Part shown: positions 52,494 through 64,000 of the stretch, piece after piece
Layout of the letters: the number at the start of each line of letters is the position of its first letter
Position numbering within the stretch: position 1 is the first letter of the stretch
From: Octopus vulgaris
Lineage: Eukaryota
Direction of reading: 5' to 3'
Assembly: GCA_951406725.2 (NCBI GenBank)
Contig: OX597817.1
Location: forward strand, 6,882,001 to 6,946,000
Length of the DNA: 64,000 nt
Position numbers and translations under genes: made by a program
Notes under the pieces: generated by a model
What the model saw: the letters and a program-made list of their open reading frames with translations, nothing else
What the model was told of the DNA's origin: nothing
The model's database searches: none

Positions 52494-54527
52494 TTACAAA
52501 GAATAATGAAATCATAACAATGGTGTTGCCATAGTATGCAACCCAGCTAGGAAATGTTTTATCAAAATCGATTCACTGTTTAACCGAAAAATCCTAAATT
52601 TAATTCATAAGATAGTAACGTGGTTCTAGGTGTATGTATATATGTATATGTTTTTATGTATATATGAATATATATAATTCTGTGTATGTATGTGTGGGTA
52701 TAAATGTGTATATGTGTATGTACATGTGTGCATACATGTATATAAGGGTAAACGTGTGTGTATATATGCATCTGCACAAACGCATGCAAAATAAAGAACC
52801 ACATATTTTCTCATTATTTTAAAAATCATTAGTCATTGTTTGTCAAAATACTACTTAAAAGTATTACTTAGGAACCTTGATTAAACACGTACACCTTGTA
52901 TTTGTTCTTTTTTAAATATCAATTAAAAGAATTGCTTAAAACGATTACTTTGTAACATTCTAACAGAAACGAAATTTCATTAACCATAAAAAGCTATGAT
53001 TTTTGCCGATTTAATAATAATTTTTATTATTCTCTCTATGTATTAAAATATGTACATATTAAAAGCATATTAACATAACAAAAACATTCATTACTGACTA
53101 CTTAATGAGAGTACAACATTATTTCATAATAGGAATTGTTTAAAATATATTTATTTGTAACAGATATGTTGCTATTAATCCTTTTGTTGTTTTAAAGTGC
53201 AAACAAAATTTCTAAGTTTGTACAAAATCTGTATTTAAAAGTATTTATAATAGTACCGTTTTTTTTTCTTTTCAGTTATAATACTATATATAATTAATTG
53301 TGTAATAGGTGCACTGACTGGAAATAATAATGAACTACAATGTAGAATCCGGACGCAGAGCCCTAGAATATTCTTAAGTATTGGACCTGCAAAATTACAC
53401 AACAAACTGTAATTAAGGGTGAAGAAGTACAGGATAGATACACAGTTTGTTTTCTTAACTTTGGGGGGGGGGGGGGGCTTTTCGTTGCAATAACAAAATT
53501 TCAATGAAATTAAGTTAATAATTTTGTTTAAAAATTTTGTAATATTACTCCAAAATATTTCTCTCTTATTTTTAGTATCATATATGTTTTTAAATTTTAT
53601 TTTCTTAAAAAAAATCATTATACAAAAATTTTAGATTACAGATATTGTGTTATATAATTAAGCTCATGTACAATATATGTGATTCCAAAGAATAAAAAAT
53701 AGGAAATAAAATATTGAATAAACAAAGAATTAATTTCGTTAAAGTTTGCATTACCAGATAGCAAATTATTTTCTATTTACAGTTAGAAAAATATTTAAAA
53801 AGAAAATGAAAGCTAATGAACAAATTAAGTACAAAATGTCAAAATTACTCCATACCTGTTTTTTTTTTTTTTCATCTTAGGTATTACAATTGTCATTTCT
53901 GCTTAAATTGCTATAATGTGATTTTTTTAAATATATAAATTTGTAATATCAAATTTTTAATATGTAAACTAGCGGCCAATTAGTCGTAGCTTCATGTGTA
54001 TTTTATTTTAGACTTCTAAGTAAAAATATAACATATTAATAGTCATTTATTACAATTTTAGTTTTAAAATTCTTACTCCAGCCATATTTTATAGTTTTTC
54101 TTCTTGTGTGTTTTTGTAGGCTTAATTGCTGCTTATTTTGTATATTTCCACGTTCAATACTTAAGAATATTATAGAATTCTGTGCCTTCAGTTTTCCTTC
54201 TAGTGTATATATATGTGCGCTTAATTTGAATGTGTGCGTCTTTCAAAGAAAACCAACATACAAACTATGGCTTGCCTTTAAATAAAAAAGAGAAAATTAT
54301 AATCTGCATATTCAGTGAGAACCATTGGGTTTTATCTAACCCACGAAACGCTTCTTTGCAATTACTGAAAACCCTTTCAAAATATCCAACGAATTTGGAT
54401 TGACTGTAACAGTACATGGCTATGATAAGTTTATGAATGAATATACATTTCATGGGTAAATCTAATTGCATCATATTCTGAGATTCAGTACGTCTATATC
54501 CTAAGCACTTAGGGAAATATATTTAGC

Positions 54528-54740
54528 TTTACTCTTTTACCCCTTTACCTGTTTCAGTCATTTGACTGCGGCCATGCTGGAGCACCGCCTTTAATCGAGC
54601 AACTCAACCCCGGGACTTATTCTTTGTAAGCCCAGTACTTATTCTATCGGTCTCTTTCCCGAACCGCTAGGTGATGGGGACGTAAACACACCAGCATCGG
54701 TTGTTGGGGGGACAAACACAGATATACAAATTCACACACA

Positions 54741-54794
<54 letters not shown>

Positions 54795-54960
54795 AATTTA
54801 CGACGGGCTTCTTTCAGTTTCCGTCTACCAAATCCACTCACAAAGCTTTGGTCGGCCCGAGGCTATACTAGAAGACACTTGCCCAAGGTGCCACGCAGTG
54901 GGACTGAACCCGGAACCAACCATGTGGTTGGTAAACAAGCTACTTATCACACAACCACTC
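54528..54960 (-). mobile_element. SINE family A
   Basis: Reverse-complement copy. Confidence 0.93.
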
Positions 54961-56092
54961 CAAATATTATTTGCAGACATGGATGAATTTTTATGAAACA
55001 CCTTGAAGAGATGAGAACACTAACTAAAACGAATAAAACTTTACGTAGATTTGAATGTCTTTTTCAAAATAAGTTTATGGCAAAACTGAAATTCTGCAAG
55101 ACAGTTAAGTACACATAACACTGTAGACCGGAAAATATCCAAATCATATTATTTTTGCGTGAGTAACCATTCAAACCATAAAAAAGTTTGAATAATTTTT
55201 CTTTGGATAAAAGGAGTTGTATACATATGAAGTAAATCTGCTATCTCCCTACACGAACGGCCACCCTTGGGTGAAAGTTACGTATTTTTTAATATAAGGT
55301 TTTACGCATTTCTAACTAAATGTTATTGACAAAAGTAATCTAAAAAATGAAAACAAAACAGTTTAGATATCGTGTTGGATAGTAACATCCTTATTGAAAG
55401 CCAAACGATGTCGTATTCCACATTATGAAAACTTCTAACTACCAATTCACGACAAAAAATTTCTCCTCTGCAAAATTAGCAGGAAAGTACAAGATATATC
55501 CTTCCACGACATACAAAATAACATTTTAATGCTCTTAGCATTACTACAATGAAGCACTTAGAAAAATAGATCCAAAGGAAAGACAAAATTGACATTATCT
55601 AAAAAAAATATTGCATAGTGAACAAATTACAGAGAGAGAAAAATCATGTGGTCCAGACTAACTTTTAGTATGTACATAACTAAAAACTACTTAACGTTCA
55701 TAAACAAGAATTTCTCCACTGAGGGTGGTGGGGTCTTATTCTACACGGTTTCTCAGACTCCTACCTATAGCAGCAAAATTTCTTACCGTCTTCGAAAAAA
55801 ACTATTGGATAATGTAGTTCTGTGTTTGCCACAAAGATGATAAAATATACGCTGGTCATTAATGACTAGAATGTCTCTGAACATAGATCTACTTGATCAG
55901 GGTTGACCTTGGTTCAAACAAATAAAAGCTGGTGACTCGATAACAGAGAATTATTACAGGTTAACTCAGTATGCTGGGGATAGTAGTTAAATTTTCCTCA
56001 AATCACACCGTATTGTCTTTCAAAATAGCTGTATATGATAACATAGCGTAAATTACATAATTCGAGAAACATGAAAGACAATACTGTTACGA

Positions 56093-56155
56093 CTTTTTTT
56101 TTTTTTTTTTTTTGCTTCCAGTTTCAGCTAATGAGCTGTGGCCATGCTGGGGCTT
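56093..56155 (-). mobile_element. Extreme 3' end of a CR1-group LINE with poly(A)
   Basis: CAGCATGGCCACAGCTCATTAGCTGAAACTGG..(A)n matches 40772-40812. Confidence 0.7.
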
Positions 56156-56589
56156 GAATATCTTTTTTTCAAAAGTCAACTCGATTGGCAGCGACTTCTT
56201 ACTAAGCATGAACAACTACTACTATAAACTGTCGTAACAAGGGGAGCTCCTCGTGATCCCGCACACTTCAGAAAATTACAAAATCAAAGTTTAAAGAAGA
56301 ATGACTTTTAGACAATACAAATTAGATAAACTAGATCGACAAATCCTTAAGAAGACACAATGATCCCATTGACGTCTACAGCAACGTGCTTACTGTAACA
56401 TCAATTCAGTCTAACTTAAACTCACACCATACGTCTGCTACCCATAAATATATCAGAGGTCATGTTCTATAATAATTAGCTGTGTTATGTTCTATAGGAT
56501 TCTATTTGACATTGGTTTTATCAAACGTTACGCATTAACCAGCTTAATATAAATATCATATTCACTACCTCTAGTGAACTTTCCTCTAC

Positions 56590-56824
56590 TCTCTTTCTCT
56601 TTTCTCTTTTACTTGTTTCAGTCATTTGACTGCGGCCATGCTGGAGCACCGCCTTTAGTCGAGCAACTTGACCCCGGGACTTATTCTTTTTGTAAGCCCA
56701 GTACTTATTCTATCGGTCTCTTTTTGCCGAAACGCTAAGTGACGGGGACGTAAACACACCAGCATCGGTTGTCAAGCAATGCTAGGGGGACAAACACAGA
56801 CACACAAACACACACGCGCATATA

Positions 56825-56860
<36 letters not shown>

Positions 56861-57023
56861 CGACAGGCTTATTTCAGTTTCCGTATACCAAATCCACTCA
56901 CAAGGCATTGGTCGGCCCGGGGCTATAGCAGAAGACACTTGCCCAAGATGCCACGCAGTGGGACTGAACCCGGAACCATGTGGTTGGTTAGCAAGCTACT
57001 TACCACACAGCCACTCCTGCGCC
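56590..57023 (-). mobile_element. SINE family A, full length
   Basis: Reverse-complement copy. Confidence 0.95.
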
Positions 57024-57090
57024 TATTGTTACATATGTATTATACATGTGAATAAATATATTCTTGCTCTGTGTGTAAGCATTATATATG

Positions 57091-57952
57091 TACGAGGGTA
57101 CCCAAAAGTAAACAGAAACGTTTGTTGAGGGTGAAACCCTTTGAATTTCAGGCTTCCACCGCTAGAAGTCACTCGATGCGACCATCAGGCATCAGGCCGC
57201 TGACTGGAGTTATCGGGAGAAGTTGTGCTTCCACGTGGAGGGTCTTTGTTTTGCAGTGCTCCTCCTCTGTCGATGTTAGTGATAGCCGAAACGAAGGAAC
57301 AGCGTGCTTCCATGACATTTTGTTTCCTGCTGGGGAAAATGGCGGCTGAATCAGTTCTCATGCTTCAAACAGCTTATAAGGAAGCTATCATGAACAAGAG
57401 ACAAATTTACGAGTAGTTTCCAGGCTTTAGGCATGGTCACTTGATGCTTGAGGACCAATCTCGTTCAGGACGACCATCGACCTCTCGAACGAATGAAACC
57501 ATCATAAACTTCATGACCTGATTGCGGACGTCTATCACCGAAGAATTGACGAACTTGCTGATATGATTGGTGTGTTCTGGAGATCCTGCCAACGACATTT
57601 GAGCGAGGAATTGCGAAGGAAAAAAGTTGCAACACAACTTGTTCCTCTCTTGCTCACGGATGATCAAAAGCCGTCACGACTGAATGCGAGTCGTGCACCG
57701 AAAGAACAGCTGACAGTGGATCCGGATCCTTTTCCACAAGTCATCACTGGTGACAAGAGCTGGTGGTGTATAATTTTCGGGTGTAGAAGAGGTAAGGAAA
57801 AAAACGACAGAGGCGTTTAAAGACGTCACTTCCCAATAGTTCTAGCACTGCTTCGAATAGTGGAAAACTCACCTGGCCCGATGCATAAAATGGAGAATAT
57901 TTTGCAGGCGGTAAAAGTGCAAACATATAAAACTAAGTGAATAAAATAATAT
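57091..57952 (+). mobile_element. Internally deleted mariner (family of 27080-28325)
   Basis: Starts TA|CGAGGGTACCCAAAAG; EQRA...CFLLGK.AAE, RSGRPSTS, VITGDKSW, then jumps to the C-terminus. Confidence 0.88.
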
Positions 57953-58592
57953 TACGAAGCTTCTTACCACACAGCCATGCCAACGCCATATACAGAAATA
58001 GAGAGAACGAGAATGAAAGAGGGGGAGGAAGAGACAGAGACAGAGAGAGAGAAAATTCACAGAGGAAGGAGAATGGCATGTTTTGAAAGAAGTTATTAGT
58101 AATAAAAATACATATTCAATTACAATATACACGGGCATATTCCCTCAAGTGGTTATATGCACGCAGTTGCGTGCATATAACCACAACCTACTACCCCAAA
58201 CCCTGCCCTTTTGAATTTAATTCTACCACAATAGATAGCATTACAACACATACACACACCACGTATACACACACACCATATGTACACGTATGCACACACC
58301 ATATGTACACGTATATCATGGACCACATACACTTCTATGCATCTACATGTCTATGAATACTGAATATAAAGCACAAACTCTAGTACAAAACCGCAACACA
58401 TACCATCACGTAGCACTTAATCACAATCCTAAACACACTCGCACACACATTTATATATAATAGCTCAACAAATACCAAATACACACCCACAGAAATTACA
58501 CCATAAATACTTATTTCATCCCACGATAACACACCACAATAACATTGCCTACAATATCCCTAATATGTGACACAATCACTAAACTTGGAGAT

Positions 58593-58895
58593 AAGTAGTT
58601 CCCAACCATTTTATACCATGGAGCCCTTTGGTTACTATTTTATTCTAGTGGACTCCTATAGTCATTCAATGTCTAAAATCTAGTTTTATAGAAACTGCTT
58701 TCAAAATTCTTATTTTGCTTTTCCATACATTAACTTTTGTAAGTTGAACAATGTAAAATGCTACAGAAAGAAACCTGGTTGTTTCTTGCAATACACACTA
58801 ATACATACATCGAAATACTATCGCAGACCCCTAGTTTACTATTTTGTTACGTGGAGCCTCAAAATTCTTATATGGACCTCAGTTGAGAACCTCTG
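58593..58895. mobile_element. hAT (Charlie/Buster-like) MITE
   Basis: Termini AAGTAGTTCCCAAC and GTTGAGAACCTCTG; 8-bp TSD TTGGAGAT / TTGCAGAT. Confidence 0.8.
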
Positions 58896-60764
58896 TTGCA
58901 GATAAATACCAACATATATACTTATTAATATCACACGTAGACATTAGCGTAGACTCCGGCTTAACACTCTCATACATACACATATAGAGATTCACGCACC
59001 ATTTTGATTTACCTCAGCATACATACTTCTACTTAAGTCACCCCCAAACACCAAAGCACGCATATGTAAATATCTTCTCCCACCTACCATACTCTGCATG
59101 CAGTCACTAAATTCAAACCTACATTGACCACCCATTATAATAGACCGCAATCATGAATCTCACACACTTAGACTACCACATTATCCTCATAGATCATGAA
59201 CACAGATATATTGTTATACATTGACGTGTACGCGTAACTAATTACCAAAATACCGATAGTTTGACAGAGTGATAAATAAACATGTAAACAGACACAGATG
59301 GAACGTAAAACCAGTATGCTGTTATACAAACTAACCAAAGAATATATATACAAATAGTTATACACTAATGTATAGACAGTGGCAAGATATATTAGCTGCG
59401 ATACATAGCGGTCAATAATTAAATTAATATATGGCGGGAAGCATAATTTACTTCTTTTTTTTTTGAACAGCATGCCATTAATTAACGCAGTACCTTGTAT
59501 GAAAGAGGGTTATTAACGAAATTATTATTTTACGCAGAACAAATCTTGAACAGGATTTTCAGTATACACATCCACCAATATTTCGTATACTCATAGAAAA
59601 AATAGAAGAAATGTTTCCATTCTTATAACGTATTGCTTCAGTTAAAATATTTCTAAAATATTTAAATTCCATTTCAATCAAGATTGATACAGTGTTTAGT
59701 GACGAGACCACAAATTAATCTATCCACAAGATTAACAGATCATATTCTATGTGTATCGATAGGGAAACGTGATTAAATACGTCTCTTCTGAGGAGCCTTT
59801 AACAAATCAGGAACATGTTCTACGGGAGACTCTTACAAGATATTTTACTCCTTCCGAGAGTGGCATCCCATTGTGACTGCAATTGTGACTTCCCAGCATG
59901 ATGGTGATATCAAAGTTAAATAGGATTACAAGTGTGACGTATTAATGCCGTTGAAATGATATTCGTTACTACGGCAGCCTTCTATACAATTTATGCATGC
60001 TTGTCTGCATATAATAGTATAAATCCAGGTATTTATATTTGCTCGTTTAAGTATTTGCATTTTATCATCACTATATGCTTATATATTTGTGCTTTACTTT
60101 ATTTTATATACTTTAGATTTATTCGTTTCCAAGGCCTATTCTCTTGTTAATCTTTTTCTCGTAGCTTTTATTTTTATTTTACTATAAATTGCCTGTAACT
60201 CCATACTATTATTTTCCTCATAAAACGCATGACTTACAATGAAAAAATTCTAGTAGACACTAATTCGTTACATCAAAAGTAAAAATGTTCTTATTTTATA
60301 TCATGAGTGATAAAATCTTAAGCTTAACCACATTATATTTTTTTCAACACCCACTTTCTAACATGTCCCAAATCTTGCCTCTCTTTAACAAATGTCTGAT
60401 AAACGCATCTAACGAAAGCGCTCCCTTAGAACTTGATTACACCAAAATATATTATATATTTACGGTCTTCGTTTCACACTTCAGTTTTACCGTTGACTTT
60501 AAGGTAATTTTATCGCTTTAATAATTACAAATTGCTCTGCTATAATGAAGATCAGGCTTTTCTGTTATTACGTTCTACCGTTTACTACATAAACGCATTC
60601 GTGCATAAAAAAGCGTCTTTAAAATTAGAATTCCTTAGTAAAATCGGAACAGTTGCATTTGCATGTAAAGTCTAAGCTTCCATTCCGATAATATTTCATA
60701 TTCTTTACTCTCTCAAAATGAATAAATAAGATTATTTATCCTTACATCGAATTGAAAGCAATTG

Positions 60765-61193
60765 TACTCTTTTACTCTCTCTCTCTCTTTTACTCTTTTA
60801 CGTGTTTCAGTTATTTGACTGCGGCCATGCTGGAGCACCGCCTTTAGTCGAGCAAATCAACCCCGGGACTTTGTAAGCCCAGTACTTATTCTATCGGTCT
60901 CTTTTTGCCGAAACGCTAAGTGACGGGGACGTAAACACACCAGCATCGGTTGTCAAGCAATGCTAGGGGGACAAACACAGACACACAAACATACACACAA
61001 ATACATATATATATATATATACATATATACGACAGGCTTCTTTCAGTTTCCGTCTACGAAATCCACTCACAAGGCATTGGTCGGCCCGAGGCTATAGCAG
61101 AAGACACTTGCCCAAGATGCCACGCAGTGGGACTGAACCCGGAACCATGTGGTTAGTAAACAAGCTACTTACCGCACAGCCACTCCTGCGCCT
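60765..61193 (-). mobile_element. SINE family A, full length
   Basis: Reverse-complement copy, very similar to 56590. Confidence 0.95.
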
Positions 61194-61779
61194 ATTTCCA
61201 ACTACATAAATATATAAATTACTATTAGAATTAAAACTTCATCTATTTTCACATAATTTTCTTACTATTTCGTCCATATCCTTTCCACCACTTCAGTTGT
61301 TTAATATGATATGCAATAAAACTTCTGGATTTCTGAGTGAAAATTAAATTCGTTATTACAGTCATTTACGCAAGTTGACAATGACTTTTATAAATTCTTC
61401 TTCGATAAAAGAGTACCAAGCCGGCACCTGGTCGTTGTAATTCCCTCGCCCCCCACCCAGCGAAATTTCAAGCCCCCTACGTATAGAAGAACTAATTATT
61501 ACACTTATCTTTCTGTTGGTTCCATCTTCATTTAAACTTTTCCATGATCTTTGAATTACTTTTCCCTGATCTTTGTATTTGCCAACGTTTATTTTTCCTT
61601 CTTTCATTTCTATATTTTAGAAGTTCACATAATTTGCTCTCTACATTGAACTTTAATAATTAAGTCCTATCACATTCAGAAAACTTTTAACAGAAAAAAG
61701 ATACGGTTAATATAAGCATTCATTTTTACATATTTTGAGAGTTTTTATTTTTCACTCTTTTCCAGATTATTATGTAACA

Positions 61780-62800
61780 TTTTGGTTAAATTCGATTTTC
61801 CCATTTTACATAAGTTTAGATCATATCTATGTTACATAAAGGAATGGAAGGGAGAAAGATTCGTACTGTCTATGGAAACGAAACTTTAAGTTTCTGGTCA
61901 CGTCAACAAGTGTTTATCTAGTTTCACTCGTCAAAGCTTTATCTCGCAGATTCTTTTCGATCTGGATGATTAGTTCCTGCGAATATTGATCTTCTGGAAA
62001 CCGAAGTTGCAGAAAATCCAAAGCGAACGATACGACAATTAGCAAAACATATCTGTTCACTTCGACCATAAAATACCTTCATATACAAGGAAATGTGGAG
62101 GCGCAATGGCCCAGTGGTTAGGGCAGCGGCCTCGCGGTCGGAGGATGGCGGTTTCGATTCCCAGACCGGGCGTTATGTGTGTTTATTGAGCGAAAACACC
62201 TAAAGCTCCACGAGGCTCCGGCAGGGGGTGGTGGCGACCCCTGTTGTACTCTTTCGCCTCAGCTTTCTCTCACTCCACTCTTACTTCCTGTTTCTGTCGT
62301 ACCTGTATTTCAAGGAGCCGGCCTTGTCACTCTCTGTGTCACGCTGAGTATCCCTGAGAACTACGTTAAAGGTGCACGTGTCTGTGGAGTGCTCAGCCAC
62401 TTACACGTTAATTTCACTAGCAGGCTGTGCCGTTGATTCGGATCAACCGGAACCCCCATCGTCGTAACCGACGGAGTGCAGATAAGATACAAGGAAATGT
62501 GTCTAAATATGATTAGTTGGCCTGTCAGCTGATCGTTTCTCAGCTTCATCAACGATGTGCCCGTCGCTCAACAAAGGAGACTGGACTTAGTCTCGAAACT
62601 TTCTTGGTGGGAATCATAACAAGTGATAATATAAGGGTTATCTATAAAATCTAATAAAATGTCACTGATTACCACCAAATGAAAAAATTTGGCCACATCT
62701 CCAAACTAGGCATACATATAAAAATGTTACGTCTTGCTGTCTCCTCCTAAGTTTGAATTCTTTAAATTGGAAGACCGTATTGTTTCTTCATTTTTACAAG
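61780..62800 (+). mobile_element. Very decayed mariner-like remnant interrupted by a SINE
   Basis: ENPKRTIRQLA and IITSD traces on either side of the SINE. Confidence 0.4.
62097..62486 (+). mobile_element. tRNA-derived SINE family C variant with ~14-bp TSD
   Basis: A box TGGCCCAGTGG and B box GTTTCGATTCC; TSD ATACAAGGAAATGT at 62083-62096 and 62487-62500. Confidence 0.92.
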
Positions 62801-62940
62801 CAATGTGAAATTTACGTTACACGTTATTCACTTATCCTTTATCTAATTATGCCTAAACTATAATTATGTCTTTAATCTTAATCCAGCTCATAATCCAACT
62901 TGCTATTCGCAAATTTTAATCAATCTCAAATTGTAATATA

Positions 62941-63117
62941 GGTGCAGGAGTGGCTGTGTGGTAAGTAGCTTGCTTACCAACCATATGGTTTCGGGTTTAG
63001 TCCCACTGTGTGACACCTTGGGCAAGTGTCTTCTACTATAGCCACGGGCCAACCAAAACCTTGTGAGTGGATCTGGTAGACGGAAACTGAAAGAAGCCCG
63101 TCGTATATATGTATATG

Positions 63118-63205
<88 letters not shown>

Positions 63206-63373
63206 TCCCCCCAACATCGCTTGACAACCGATGCTGGTGTGTTTACGGTTGGGCAAAAGAGACCGATAGAATAAGTACTAGGCTTACAAAGAATAAGTCC
63301 TGGGGTTTATTTGCTCGGCTAAAGGCGGTGCTCCAGCATGGCCACTATCAAATGATTGAAACAAGTACAAGAA
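62941..63373 (+). mobile_element. SINE family A with expanded (TG)n
   Basis: Collinear with the other copies; small internal deletion. Confidence 0.93.
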
Positions 63374-63859
63374 TAATCATTATCTACCATTATACTCACA
63401 ATAATTATATCGTTCATCTTATATAGAACATCTGCTATATTTCATCCATATATTTCCACAAATTCTTTAAAAGTAATCCATATCATTGTAAACAGAAAAC
63501 CATTGGGTTTCATAGCTATTGTATATTCCTATTGGTTCCTAATTTACTGGTTTATGAACATGCTTACAAATATATACGTTATTTCCTATTATAAACACCT
63601 AAATAGGTTTTACTTTTTTCTTTTTTTTTTTTCCATTTAAAATATAACGTTCGGATGTTTTATTTTTGTGTATAATTCAGAAAGAATTACCATCATCAAT
63701 CTTTTACGTTGTTGGATTTTTTTTATAGGATCACTGAAATATGTAACTGAAGCATTATTTCATTTGTATGCTTTTATTTTTCTGATATAAATCTACTGTG
63801 GGTTCCCATCTCCATGAAAAAACACACACAAACACACAAACACACACATATTATATATA

Positions 63860-63940
<81 letters not shown>

Positions 63941-64000
63941 CGGGGAGATAGATGATAAATAGATAGGGAGATAGCTAGAGCATACATACATACATACATA

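Noticed and set aside
59781-59830. GTCTCTT-CTGAGGA...GAACATGTTCTA-CGGGAGAC hammerhead-like pattern
   Set aside because: GAAA and stem II pairing are absent, so it cannot be supported from a single copy.

Overview
This is AT-rich, microsatellite-saturated eukaryotic intergenic or intronic DNA. The repeat families resemble those I recall from Octopus genomes, so a cephalopod origin is an inference, not a search result. I found no host protein-coding gene, rRNA or functional tRNA; most ORFs in the track are translated microsatellites or SINE pieces. The window is a mosaic of transposable elements. It holds about 14 copies of one tRNA-derived SINE plus three other SINE types. Non-LTR fragments belong to the CR1 group, Tx1/L1-like, R4/Dong, CRE-like and RTE-like clades. 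DNA transposons include Tc1 DD34E, DD37E, DD37D, three mariners, Helitron derivatives and a hAT MITE. There are also several Penelope-like (PLE) remnants. The most interesting layer is non-coding: type I hammerhead ribozyme (HHR) motifs (one near-intact at 7142-7192, one with a ~100-nt stem II at 9214-9336) and several fold-back palindromes. One short non-coding element joins a tRNA-like Pol III head, an (AAT)n spacer and a minimal hammerhead, with a PLE-style inverted 5' duplication (18054-18562). All alignments and translations were done by eye and boundaries are approximate.
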